In this document: positions 15,596 to 25,939 of the stretch, in pieces | How the letters are laid out: every line of letters begins with the position of its first letter | Position numbering within the stretch: the first letter of the stretch is position 1 | Virus record (IMG/VR): IMGVR_UViG_3300000062_000003 | Coordinates: 5,628-69,627 of that record | Source: a virus | Strand: one strand, 5' to 3' | DNA length: 64,000 bases | Position numbers and translations under genes: made by a program | The notes under the pieces: model-generated | Told to the model about the DNA's origin: nothing | Databases searched by the model: none | Seen by the model: the letters and a program-made list of their open reading frames with translations, nothing else

Positions 15596-17716
15596 ATGTT
15601 ATATAACACCTTTCACATATACAACAAAAACGCACCAGAGTGGGACAGTACAGTAGATAAATTCGAAGCCCAAGCTCCCGAAGTTCAACTCTATTATATG
15701 TTAGAGTTTTTAAAACTACGTAGAGGTGTTTCATTTGGTACTGTAAAAATACATCCTTGGTTATACTGGCATCTCAACTATTTTAATATAATGGTTGACC
15801 AGCAAGATGAATTTGGTAATTCTGCTGGGTCTAAAAGAATGTTGCCATCCTTCCGTGACAACGAATGGATAATAAATGAACACTTACTAGAGGCTGACTC
15901 TGGGAGAAAGAAAGGTATCATGATTATGGGAAGCCGTCGCTTGAGTAAATCAGTGTTCGAGGCATCCTATACAGGTTGGAACGCCACAGTTAAAGAGGGA
16001 GGTGATGACAGACCATGCCTGATTGCTGGAGGAAGTGTAAAGGATTTAAATAACATCACAGCTTATCTTGAAACTGGGATGAAACTAATGCATCCTATGT
16101 TTAATCTTTACCCTCCCACTACTACAAACTGGATGGGAGACAGTGGAGTTAAATTTGGATATAAAGATACTCGAAACGTAGGACATATTCACTCAACAGT
16201 AAGAGTTGTAAACCTAGCATCTGGTAGTCAATCTATGGCGGGATGGACTCCCATAAGTGCAGTATTTGATGAAGTTGGTAAAGTAGATATAAAGCATCAC
16301 TTCTCGGTCGCAAGTCCGTCATTATCCACACCTTACGGATGGCGTGTAGCCCCTGTGCTTTCTGGAACAGGAGGAAGCGTAGACTTAGTACAACCTTCAA
16401 AAGAGATGTTTTATCATCCAGAACTCCACAATTTCGTAAAAATGAAGTGGGATATGCTGGACAATCATACTCCTCCAGACCTTAGAACATGGTCAACAGG
16501 TTTAGAGTGCGGAGTATTTTTACCTGGACAAGTATCTCTAGAGTTTCCAAAACGGAAGACTACATTTGCAAAGTATTTAAAGGTTGAAAATGAGTATTTA
16601 GATAAAATAGAATTTAATGAGACCAATTGGGAATTTGCTACTCCGAAGTTAAAGGAAGACCAAGAGAATGCCAGGCTGGTAGATATGCAAACATATCTAA
16701 ATAGAAAGACCCATTACCCAGGAGATGTTCCTGATTGTTTTCTTGATAATAAAATAAACCCATTCCCTGCTGCGGATGCTCTTACTCATAGATTAGAACT
16801 AGAGAATAGCGGTCAAACAGACTTTGGATATGATGTAAAATTAGAACAAGGTACTAATAAACTAATAATAACTCCAAGTGAGAAATTATTAGCTGGATTC
16901 CCATTTGAAGGAGGTAACATTGATTCTCCAGTACAGATATTTATAAGTCCTCCAGAGATACCTAAATTTAATAATTTATTTGTAGGAGGACTGGACTGTT
17001 ACAAACAGGATAAGTCTTCCACATCTTCCTTAGGTACTTTCTACATCCTTCAACGGATGGGCAAGATTAATGACCGTAACTCTTACAAGATTGCTGCATC
17101 ATTAGCAACACGCCCCGACTCCTCCGAAGAGTTCTATACATCAATACGAACATTACAATTAGGGTATGGAGCTAAAACACTACAAGAAGCAGCCGACCTT
17201 GGGTATGAACAATTTCTCAAGTTAAAATATAAGAGCCAGCTCCATCTGTTGTTAGTAGATGGTAGAAGAATCTCCAAAACAGGTATAGGTAAACTGGGAG
17301 GGCAATCTAATGTACAATTTGGACTGTTTCCCACAAAACTTCATAAACAATTAGTATTAGATGCTGCTGTCAGATACTGCCAGGAAGAAGTAGAAATACG
17401 AAATGAAGATGGAGATTCCGAATTAAAAAAAGGAGTATATCGAATAGACGATGTTGCTCTTTTAAAAGAAATAGAAGGATATTCAGATGGTCGAAATGTA
17501 GACCGTATAGTAGCATTTGGACATGCTGTGTTATGGGCAGAGTATCTTGATTCAATTCACGCAGTCCCTGACACCAATACAACACAAGAGGAACAAGAAG
17601 CAGCCAATGTTAAACATAGACCACCAATAAATGAAATTAAAAAGTATAACGAGCATGCTATAAGACAGAGACGAAGGGTGTTAGGTGGTGGAAGAGCTTT
17701 TGGCTACAGAAGATAG
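15596..17716 (+). CDS. terL: Terminase large subunit
   Basis: ATPase GSRRLSKS (Walker A-like) and VFDEVGK (Walker B); nuclease GGLDCY and NVDRIVAFG. Confidence 0.92.
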   Translation: MLYNTFHIYNKNAPEWDSTVDKFEAQAPEVQLYYMLEFLKLRRGVSFGTVKIHPWLYWHLNYFNIMVDQQDEFGNSAGSKRMLPSFRDNEWIINEHLLEADSGRKKGIMIMGSRRLSKSVFEASYTGWNATVKEGGDDRPCLIAGGSVKDLNNITAYLETGMKLMHPMFNLYPPTTTNWMGDSGVKFGYKDTRNVGHIHSTVRVVNLASGSQSMAGWTPISAVFDEVGKVDIKHHFSVASPSLSTPYGWRVAPVLSGTGGSVDLVQPSKEMFYHPELHNFVKMKWDMLDNHTPPDLRTWSTGLECGVFLPGQVSLEFPKRKTTFAKYLKVENEYLDKIEFNETNWEFATPKLKEDQENARLVDMQTYLNRKTHYPGDVPDCFLDNKINPFPAADALTHRLELENSGQTDFGYDVKLEQGTNKLIITPSEKLLAGFPFEGGNIDSPVQIFISPPEIPKFNNLFVGGLDCYKQDKSSTSSLGTFYILQRMGKINDRNSYKIAASLATRPDSSEEFYTSIRTLQLGYGAKTLQEAADLGYEQFLKLKYKSQLHLLLVDGRRISKTGIGKLGGQSNVQFGLFPTKLHKQLVLDAAVRYCQEEVEIRNEDGDSELKKGVYRIDDVALLKEIEGYSDGRNVDRIVAFGHAVLWAEYLDSIHAVPDTNTTQEEQEAANVKHRPPINEIKKYNEHAIRQRRRVLGGGRAFGYRR

Positions 17717-17799
17717 TACACAACCACAAAAAACTATCCTGAACTACTTACAATAAGTCATCTACCAAATATATATTTTATTATACATATATTTGGTAG

Positions 17800-17807
17800 T
17801 ACCTTTG
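17800..17807 (+). promoter_or_regulatory. -7 promoter element TACCTTTG upstream of portal
   Basis: Exact TAnnTTTG immediately after the inverted repeat at 17762-17799. Confidence 0.6.
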
Positions 17808-17831
17808 TATATAAATTTGCAAATTTAAATT

Positions 17832-20573
17832 ATGGAGATTAATAGACGTGTTCGCAATTCATATTTTGGAGCTATACCACCACAAGCAATAAGTTCCAGT
17901 AAGAAAAATAAAAAGCATTATGAGGAAACTATGGATGCTTTGGAATATATTGGCGAACTTCAATATATAGATAATGCTAAGTATGAAGATGTACTTAGAA
18001 TGATTGCAGGACGACAATCTGTTAAAGAAGCACGCGAACTCCTTCCTTATTTAAAAAATGTTACTCCTGACATGCTGGAGGAGCATATACCTAGCTATAT
18101 ACGTCACTATGACCTTATTGGACAGATAATTAATGCTGTTAAGGAGACATATATGCTTACCAGGGATGATTATTTTATTAGTAGTACTGATGAAATATCC
18201 ACCAATGAGTTCATAAGGACGCGCAGTATGTTAATGCAAAATTATCTACAACAATCTTTTAGTAAGGAGCTTGATATGCTACTTCAAGCACAAGGTTATG
18301 AAGTAGATTTAAGTCTGGTACAATTCTCATCAGAAGAAGAGCAAGTAGAGTATTCTGATTTTCTAGAGAGAATGCGACAAGAGCTGACTCCAGAAGGAAT
18401 TGACTTATATATGAAAGATACTTACAAAGTAGCAGCTGTTAGATGGGGAGAAGGTATACTTGATAATGATTTTACTAGATTTAATGAGGAGGAGTTAATA
18501 CGCGAGAATCTCACAGAGTTTTTAGCAGCAGGAAAATGTTTTAGACATTATCGGGTTGGACATGATTTCTATGAACCAGAAGTATGGAGACTTCGTGAAA
18601 CATTCTATTCTAAAGAGTCTAACACAAGATATGCTAACAGACGTGAATATATCGGACGTATATTATTTTTGACAGCCTCACAACTAATAAATAGGTATGC
18701 CGAAAAACTACCCGCAAAGACAAGTGAGAAGTTACAGAGCAGAATGTATGAGGAACCTAATAATAGTCTTCTACCTCCAGAATTAACCACTCCTTTTAAT
18801 AGTGATAAACGCATGTTGATGCCATCATCTGACTATCTAGAGAGGCAGGTAACTAAGAACCTAGAGGATGTATTTAAAATACCCCTGACCTCCTTATTAG
18901 TACAAGATGACTGTAATGTAAGAGCAGTACCAGGATTTTCTAGTAGTACCTTTACAGGCTTACCAGGACATCCTATTGATTTATATAGTGCAGCTAGATT
19001 CCACAATAATGGAGAGCTTAGACAAGACGTATTCCAAGTCACAGAAGCATACTTTACTGACTATCAAAAGATGGGATTACTATGCTTAGAAAATGAATAT
19101 GGGATAAAAGTATTTGAATATGTAACTGATGATTTACTTGCTGACTTTATTAGTGAGTTAGGAATAACACAAATCCAAGCCAAGTCACTTGAGGAAATGG
19201 AACGAAATCCAGAGGCAAATACTGTCACTTGGTTTTATAAACAATATTCCAGAAAAGGCCTTAAAATAAATCTAGATAATATAGGGGAGAAATCATTCTA
19301 TCACACAGAGAAAACACCATATCAGATATATAGTCATAGTAACATGTTCGAAACTATGCACCCTGTTGCAGGGTATATAGGGTCAGGGATAGGGGATAAA
19401 CTTGAGAATACTCAAGCCTTGTATAATATGGCTATGAATCAACTTCAAGATATTGCAGAAAAAGAGGTTGGTGTAATATTTTTATTTGACCAAGCATTTT
19501 TAAGGTCTGACAATAAAGAAGATGGACAATCTTCAGAAGCAATGGAGATGGCCATGAGTATAGCCAAATCGTTAGGGTATTTAGGGATAAATACATCATC
19601 TGATGGATTTGCTTCTGCGATGTCGAGTGGACAATTCCACCCAATCAACTTATCTATGACTGAGAATATGCAGTCAAGAATGCAACTTGCATTATATTAC
19701 AAACAACAAGCATATGACCTAATTGGGGTACGATTAGGACAAGCAGCTCCTCCAGATGCATATAAAACAGCAGAAGGTATTAGAATTGACAGGGAAGCAA
19801 TGTATGCACAACTAGAGCATTATTATTCACAGTTTTCTGACTTCCTTCGTGAATCATATAATATCCATCTTGCAGTAGCACAGTTTTGTCAGAAGAATAA
19901 TAAGGATATTACTCTACAATATAGTAAAAGTGATGGAGAACAAGTATTCCTACAATTTACAGATGATAATTTTGCACTACGCAAATTAGGAGTTAATATT
20001 ACAACTAATGCAAAACAACGCAAACAACAGGAGCAAATGAAACAGTATCTTCTATCTAATAATACTATGATAGAAGACCCATTAATTTTTGCATCCATTC
20101 TGACTTCAGATAATATGACTACAATGTTAGCAGCAGCAAAACAACATGGAATAAAACAGCAAGCTCAACAACAGCAATCTCAACAACATGCTATGCAACA
20201 GATACAAGCACAATCTGAGGCAGCTAAAGACCAAGAATACTTTTCATGGTATCTTGAAGAAACTTCTAAACAACGAGATAGAGAGAACAAGATTCAACTT
20301 GAAGGTATAGAGGCAATGGGACGTGCTTTATATAGAAATGCAGGTACAGAAAACGCTGATGTAATTAATGACCAAGTTAGACAGAGTCTTCAACAGCAAA
20401 AGATAGAGGGAGAATTAGCAGATAAACAAGTAAAGAATGATATTAGAGTTAATGAGAGTCAACAAAGACTTGCTTACCAAGAACGCGCACTAGACCAAAG
20501 AGATAGAGAACTGGATTTGAAAGAGCGTAAGTTAGAGACAGATAAATTTATAGCAACTGTGAATAAAAATTGA
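17832..20573 (+). CDS. Portal protein (crAss-type)
   Basis: 913 aa after terL; long helical protein with Q-rich coiled-coil C-terminus; terL-portal-scaffold-MCP synteny. Confidence 0.88.
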   Translation: MEINRRVRNSYFGAIPPQAISSSKKNKKHYEETMDALEYIGELQYIDNAKYEDVLRMIAGRQSVKEARELLPYLKNVTPDMLEEHIPSYIRHYDLIGQIINAVKETYMLTRDDYFISSTDEISTNEFIRTRSMLMQNYLQQSFSKELDMLLQAQGYEVDLSLVQFSSEEEQVEYSDFLERMRQELTPEGIDLYMKDTYKVAAVRWGEGILDNDFTRFNEEELIRENLTEFLAAGKCFRHYRVGHDFYEPEVWRLRETFYSKESNTRYANRREYIGRILFLTASQLINRYAEKLPAKTSEKLQSRMYEEPNNSLLPPELTTPFNSDKRMLMPSSDYLERQVTKNLEDVFKIPLTSLLVQDDCNVRAVPGFSSSTFTGLPGHPIDLYSAARFHNNGELRQDVFQVTEAYFTDYQKMGLLCLENEYGIKVFEYVTDDLLADFISELGITQIQAKSLEEMERNPEANTVTWFYKQYSRKGLKINLDNIGEKSFYHTEKTPYQIYSHSNMFETMHPVAGYIGSGIGDKLENTQALYNMAMNQLQDIAEKEVGVIFLFDQAFLRSDNKEDGQSSEAMEMAMSIAKSLGYLGINTSSDGFASAMSSGQFHPINLSMTENMQSRMQLALYYKQQAYDLIGVRLGQAAPPDAYKTAEGIRIDREAMYAQLEHYYSQFSDFLRESYNIHLAVAQFCQKNNKDITLQYSKSDGEQVFLQFTDDNFALRKLGVNITTNAKQRKQQEQMKQYLLSNNTMIEDPLIFASILTSDNMTTMLAAAKQHGIKQQAQQQQSQQHAMQQIQAQSEAAKDQEYFSWYLEETSKQRDRENKIQLEGIEAMGRALYRNAGTENADVINDQVRQSLQQQKIEGELADKQVKNDIRVNESQQRLAYQERALDQRDRELDLKERKLETDKFIATVNKN

Positions 20574-20574
20574 T

Positions 20575-20907
20575 ATGAGATGTTTTCTTAAATTGTTAGG
20601 GTACAAAAAATATCAGTGTCCAAATTGTAAAAAGTATAATTACTTCAAAGGGAAAGTAGAATGGGACTCTATAGTTGGCTTTTGTCGAAAATGTGACCAT
20701 CCTGTATGGCTGGTAGTATTTTTATTCTTGTTAGTAGGATGTAATACATATAATATACACCTTTCATATACAACAGAAGACACCCAAGGAATATCTACAG
20801 AGATGCCTATAGGAAAATATAATAATAGATTTGATGCACAATTTCAACAAGCAGACAGTGTTTTTAAGTATCAACTTGTGAAGTATAAAGATATAAAATC
20901 AGAGTAA
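20575..20907 (+). CDS. Small accessory protein with Zn ribbon and lipobox-like segment
   Basis: CPNC...CRKC followed by VWLVVFLFLLVGC. Confidence 0.55.
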   Translation: MRCFLKLLGYKKYQCPNCKKYNYFKGKVEWDSIVGFCRKCDHPVWLVVFLFLLVGCNTYNIHLSYTTEDTQGISTEMPIGKYNNRFDAQFQQADSVFKYQLVKYKDIKSE

Positions 20908-21005
20908 TATGAATTAACTGATTTTAACTAGCGAATTAACATATATTTTTTGAGAGTTCAGATAAATTTTAACATAAAATATAAAAACAGTAAATTTGTA
21001 CGAAA

Positions 21006-22154
21006 ATGGAAACACCAATAGGCAATCAATCAGGGATTTTCAAATTTAGATTGGGGGATTTAACAGAAGTAGATGAATCACAAGCAATATCTAATGCAAG
21101 TAATATCCTGGATGAAGTAAATAAACCAGAAGAACCTAAACCTGCTAGTACAATAGAGGCAGGTACACAGTCAGTAGAATCAGCAAAGACACTGCCTTCA
21201 ACAAACGAAGAAAGTATCTCCTATTATAATACATATATGTATTTAGTAAGTATAGGTAAGTTACCCAAATACGAAGCAGTAACAATAGGAGAGGAGCAAG
21301 TTCCTATCGAAGAATACTTAACTTCTAGAGAGGCATTAGATGCATTATTAAAAACAGTAGAGACTGAGGAGAGAGCAGAGAAGGATACTAACTCTGTCGA
21401 TTTGAGTATTCTTTCACCTGTGATGCGAGCGGTAATTGAAACTATGGTAAATGGTGGAGATGTTAAAGCTGCACTTAGAGCATATGATGTTGCTAATGAT
21501 ACGATGGCTCAAATAGACCTTAGTACAGAGGAAGGACTTCAATTAGCAGTAGTAGCATATTATAGAAGCAAAGGCCTCCAAGATGATGCTATTGTAGCAA
21601 TGATTAAGGGATACATGGCTGAGGGTAAACTAGAATCGGAAGGAAGAATTTGTTATGAAAAACTGAATGCAGAGAACGAACAAACTATCATAGCCAAACA
21701 GCAAGCAGCTATCAAGGCTAAAAATGACGAGGTAGAACGTTTGAAGCAGGTAAAGGCTGAAATGCGTAATAAACTTCGGGATTCAGGAATGTCAGAAAGT
21801 AAAGCAAGGGTAGTAGTTGAGAAATATCTAGCACCTCTTCCAAATCAACAAGCAGGATTTTATATAGACTCTATTTATGCACAACGATTAGATGACCCAG
21901 AATATGGAGCAGACTTGATTCTTTTCTTGGATAACAAAGAAGAATATATAAAAACTAAAAGTGCAGAACTTGTAAACAAAACAAAGCTTGATGTAGTTAA
22001 AGGAGTAGTAGCTGGTACAGAAGGTGGAGGACGAAGTCTGAATTTAACTATGGCGAAACCTAATGTTTATAATAAACCTAAACCTGAGGCATTACCAGAA
22101 AATCCAACCCCTGACCAAGGAACAAACAGTACAACTATAAAAGTACAACTATAG
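21006..22154 (+). CDS. Capsid scaffold/assembly protein (putative)
   Basis: Acidic helical 382 aa between portal and MCP; TAAATTTG at 20991-20998. Confidence 0.7.
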   Translation: METPIGNQSGIFKFRLGDLTEVDESQAISNASNILDEVNKPEEPKPASTIEAGTQSVESAKTLPSTNEESISYYNTYMYLVSIGKLPKYEAVTIGEEQVPIEEYLTSREALDALLKTVETEERAEKDTNSVDLSILSPVMRAVIETMVNGGDVKAALRAYDVANDTMAQIDLSTEEGLQLAVVAYYRSKGLQDDAIVAMIKGYMAEGKLESEGRICYEKLNAENEQTIIAKQQAAIKAKNDEVERLKQVKAEMRNKLRDSGMSESKARVVVEKYLAPLPNQQAGFYIDSIYAQRLDDPEYGADLILFLDNKEEYIKTKSAELVNKTKLDVVKGVVAGTEGGGRSLNLTMAKPNVYNKPKPEALPENPTPDQGTNSTTIKVQL

Positions 22155-22195
22155 AATACAATAAGTAATAAAAACTATTAAATAACTTAAAAAGC

Positions 22196-23989
22196 ATGAG
22201 TAATCTAATTGACAAAGGACTTTTAATCACACGAAATGGTGATAGAGCCGTGCATCTGACTACAGCAGGCAAACTAAAGACTATACATAGTGGTCTGAAG
22301 GATTTGTCAACTGTAAACGAAATGTTCAAATTCAAGCAAGACCAGACACATCTTGGAATGTTACATACATTTGATGCCCTAGGTACTGCTATGGGACATA
22401 CTAACACTATCCCACGGATAATGACAGATATGTTGCAGAAGAAGGCTGTTATTAACCTGGAAGATGGCCGTACTACATTTACATATAGTACACCTATTAC
22501 TCGTTACAATGGTCTTAAAATAATGCGTACTACTTCTCCGTCAGAAGCAAATGACCGACCAGGACTTGATGGTACACCATTCCCTATTTATTTGAATAAA
22601 GCAATGCGTCAAGGCGATGTGTTGACTTATGATAAAGAGGATGGTATTCAAATTATAGTATCTGAGGACTATGATATTGAACCAGCTGGTGATATGTATA
22701 AACACTATGTAAAAATTACACAAGGAGCTGGTGATTTGTACTTCCCAATGGATAAACTTACTGCTGGTACAGAATATTTCAAAATCACACATTCAATGGG
22801 TGAGTTTTCAGAAGACTATTCTGAGTTCAACTATGATTTTGAAGTTGAAGAACTCGTACAAGAGTTTTCTTTGGCTAATCAGATTGGTGTTGCTACTGCT
22901 TCTACACTATATGGTGCAGAAAAGTCTATGAATGGACTGTCTGGAAGTACAAAGAATATACTTGATAAAGTATTGAATAGTGTAAATCTATTCCAATCGA
23001 GCACAAATAAACCATACGATATGTTGGTTCTTTTGGACAACTATGTTGCTGGAGAAACAGTTGGTGTTGATGGTTTACTAAGTATTAATCCAACAACAGA
23101 CTCTGTAATGTCTTTGTTTGAGGCTATGGCTGTATCTGAACTTATTAGACTTGAGACCTCACAGATGCTGTGGGCTAAGGAAGGTATGATTACAGAAATA
23201 AACGGCTACAAACGCATCAATGAAGGTCTATACACACAAATGAGACGTGGCAATATCCTTACTTATGCAGTTCCAGGAGGTGTGGATATGGCTTTCTTAC
23301 AGAAGTTGTCAGACTCTGTGTTTATTCACAACTTAGATATGCCAGTAACTAACCGTAGAATAAAACTTCGTGTAGGTAAAGGTCTTGCAGAAAATCTAGA
23401 CTTTATCAAGCAGAATCATGGTCGTTCAGTACTTTCTTCTCCTGCATATCAAACATTGATGGGAGCAGACAAGTTCTTACCTAAACCACCAGTACATGGC
23501 GACTTATCAAACCTTACTGTAGATGAAATACGTATCGGAAATGTGTATCTACCTGGAGTAGGATATCTTGATTACGAACATGAACCATCTTTGGATTATA
23601 CTTCAGGACAAGATAGATTTACAAATAAACTATACAATAGCAGCGGTCGTTCCAGAAGCACTTATTCTGGCTACCTAGATGTGAGGGATGCTAATGCTAC
23701 AAATGTGTTCTCTGACCCTAACATACGTTTTGCACAGCCCTTGGAAGGTAATAGCTCATTGATGGCTAGTTCAGTATTCTATGTAAAACCTCGCAGGTCA
23801 TTACATTGGGGATGGGAACAAGGTCGTATGAACAGTGTGTCACATTTGGTTGAGAATCTTTCTCATATTAGCTCTACCAAGTCAATGACTACAGAGTTCT
23901 GGATGCATGCTCGTTCAGCTGCTTGGATAGCAGACAAATCTGCAATGTTTGTAGTAGAACTTGAAAGACCTCGATTGACTATAATTTAA
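22196..23989 (+). CDS. Major capsid protein
   Basis: 597 aa in the canonical position; INEGLYTQMRRGN, YEHEPSLD and WGWEQGR motifs resemble crAss-like MCPs; strong terminator follows. Confidence 0.85.
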   Translation: MSNLIDKGLLITRNGDRAVHLTTAGKLKTIHSGLKDLSTVNEMFKFKQDQTHLGMLHTFDALGTAMGHTNTIPRIMTDMLQKKAVINLEDGRTTFTYSTPITRYNGLKIMRTTSPSEANDRPGLDGTPFPIYLNKAMRQGDVLTYDKEDGIQIIVSEDYDIEPAGDMYKHYVKITQGAGDLYFPMDKLTAGTEYFKITHSMGEFSEDYSEFNYDFEVEELVQEFSLANQIGVATASTLYGAEKSMNGLSGSTKNILDKVLNSVNLFQSSTNKPYDMLVLLDNYVAGETVGVDGLLSINPTTDSVMSLFEAMAVSELIRLETSQMLWAKEGMITEINGYKRINEGLYTQMRRGNILTYAVPGGVDMAFLQKLSDSVFIHNLDMPVTNRRIKLRVGKGLAENLDFIKQNHGRSVLSSPAYQTLMGADKFLPKPPVHGDLSNLTVDEIRIGNVYLPGVGYLDYEHEPSLDYTSGQDRFTNKLYNSSGRSRSTYSGYLDVRDANATNVFSDPNIRFAQPLEGNSSLMASSVFYVKPRRSLHWGWEQGRMNSVSHLVENLSHISSTKSMTTEFWMHARSAAWIADKSAMFVVELERPRLTII

Positions 23990-24008
23990 GTCAATACTAC
24001 ATAGCAAA

Positions 24009-24048
24009 TATTACTTGGAGGACTAAACCTCCTCCAAGTATATTTTTT
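24009..24048 (+). terminator. Intrinsic terminator after MCP
   Basis: TACTTGGAGG/CCTCCAAGTA stem plus T-run. Confidence 0.8.
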
Positions 24049-24066
24049 AAACTAAAAAAATATAAA

Positions 24067-25206
24067 ATGACAAAAAAATTATCACGAAAACTATTTGGGG
24101 TTACATTTGAAGAGGGGAAAGTTTATGTAGTTAAAGATAAAACTACCAGGTATTCAACTCCAGAAGAGAAAAAGAAAGGGTTTTTTAAAGACCCACATGA
24201 AGGAGTTCATGAATCACATCAGATTGGATTCAAAGAAATAGGAGACCAAAGAGGGGCTGATGGAATACCTCTAGGAACCTTCCTAACAGGATTTACAGTT
24301 GACTGTCCTATTTGGCAAACTCTAGGAGTAGATGATAGAACCAAACAGGAAATTGTAAAGTTTTTACAGGAATTTATTGTTACTCCTTATGAAAATAAAC
24401 TAGGATTGAAAGGACATCTTTCACCCTCTAATTACTTATTTTGGCGAGGTTACAGATACCTGATGCATACTGGGTCAATATTTAATTTAGATTTAGTGGA
24501 GCATCGAATGGCATTGTATTTTGCACTACTGAATGGTAATATTGCTACTCAAGAAAATCTTTCTAATCCTACATTGATTGAGACACCTTACAAGATAGAG
24601 GATTACAGCCTAGCAAAAGACGAGCAAGAAGAATTATTGGATAAAAAGGATGATGCACGTACTTATCTAGGAGATTTGCTGGAGAATGATTTCACATATT
24701 TACTATCAATTATGAAGTATATGAGTCTTTTCTCAGCAGACACAACCCCAGACAAGGATTATGTACGTAAAACATTCTTGAAGATATTAGAAGGAATGGA
24801 TTTAAAAACTTCTATGAGTCAGTTATTCCAAGTATTTGATATGGCACAGACTATGGAAGGAAAATCCAAAATAGAGTGGACTGCCAGAGTGAAAGACCTT
24901 CGCACATTCAACATCCTTGTTATTGCTAATAAAACTTGGAGATTCCAAGGAACAGCACTAGGAGTAACTATAGATGATGTTATTTACAAGTTAAGTGGTG
25001 CTGATGAGACTTTCGATGATTTCATTAGAGACGAGATACTTTCAAGGCTACAAGAAGAGTATGCTAAGAGAAAAGGGTACCAAGCACCTGTATTTTCTGA
25101 AAAGAAGGAAAAGGTTAATAAAGTAACTCCAAAAAAGAAAACAAAAAAGAAAACTGCTTCTACTAAAAAAGAGGGCAGTAGTAAAGATACCCCTGTTTCC
25201 ATTTAG
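24067..25206 (+). CDS. Conserved hypothetical protein of the capsid module
   Basis: 379 aa directly after MCP; basic C-terminus. Confidence 0.75.
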   Translation: MTKKLSRKLFGVTFEEGKVYVVKDKTTRYSTPEEKKKGFFKDPHEGVHESHQIGFKEIGDQRGADGIPLGTFLTGFTVDCPIWQTLGVDDRTKQEIVKFLQEFIVTPYENKLGLKGHLSPSNYLFWRGYRYLMHTGSIFNLDLVEHRMALYFALLNGNIATQENLSNPTLIETPYKIEDYSLAKDEQEELLDKKDDARTYLGDLLENDFTYLLSIMKYMSLFSADTTPDKDYVRKTFLKILEGMDLKTSMSQLFQVFDMAQTMEGKSKIEWTARVKDLRTFNILVIANKTWRFQGTALGVTIDDVIYKLSGADETFDDFIRDEILSRLQEEYAKRKGYQAPVFSEKKEKVNKVTPKKKTKKKTASTKKEGSSKDTPVSI

Positions 25207-25272
25207 TTGGTGATAATTAGAATCATGTGAGGGTAGCAAAAAGCCCTCCATGATTTAATTAAATGTTAAGTT

Positions 25273-25914
25273 ATGCAAGTTGAAGAAATATTTGACCTTA
25301 CTAAAGAACTAGTAGATACTAACTCTAACAATCAGGTAACAATAGATGAAGCTAGATTTGTTATCTTTTATAACAAAGCACAAGAGGTTTACTTGAGAAC
25401 TATACTTGACAATACCAGACAGAATGACAAGGTACAATATGCACAGAAGTTTCTTGTACCAGCTAAGAAGTTAAAAGGGAAGCCAGGTATGATTAAGCAA
25501 GAGCAGAGATTCCAACTACCTCCTGACTTCGTAAAGCGTGAAGAGATAATAGTAACAGGTACAAAAGGAGAGTGTAGTGATTTAATGTATGTAGAAGAAG
25601 TTAAACCAAGTGATATAACTTTTTTACTAACAGATGAATATCACAAACCTAGTTTTGATTTCAGAGAGAGTTTTTATTATATAGGAGATGACAGTATAGT
25701 TATTTATAATGATGGGAATTTTAAAATATCAGATGTCGGATTAGTATACTACAGACAGCCTAAAAGAATAGATATGGCTGGTAATCTAGATGCACTTGGA
25801 AATCCTACTAAGACTATAGAAACTGAATGGGAAGATACAGCAATTCATGATATAGTTGAGATATTAGTTTCTAGATATGCAGTGGCAAAACTACCAATTA
25901 GAGGCAAGAATTAA
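25273..25914 (+). CDS. Tail ring/head-tail connector protein (putative)
   Basis: 213 aa; FYNKAQ, FDFRE and YYRQPKRID pattern typical of crAss-like ring proteins. Confidence 0.65.
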   Translation: MQVEEIFDLTKELVDTNSNNQVTIDEARFVIFYNKAQEVYLRTILDNTRQNDKVQYAQKFLVPAKKLKGKPGMIKQEQRFQLPPDFVKREEIIVTGTKGECSDLMYVEEVKPSDITFLLTDEYHKPSFDFRESFYYIGDDSIVIYNDGNFKISDVGLVYYRQPKRIDMAGNLDALGNPTKTIETEWEDTAIHDIVEILVSRYAVAKLPIRGKN

Positions 25915-25939
25915 TAATAATTTTTAAAACAATAAAAAC

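Noticed and set aside
15596-23989. Introns or inteins in terminase, portal or MCP
   Set aside because: The ORFs are uninterrupted, with no intein splice motifs or embedded homing endonuclease seen.
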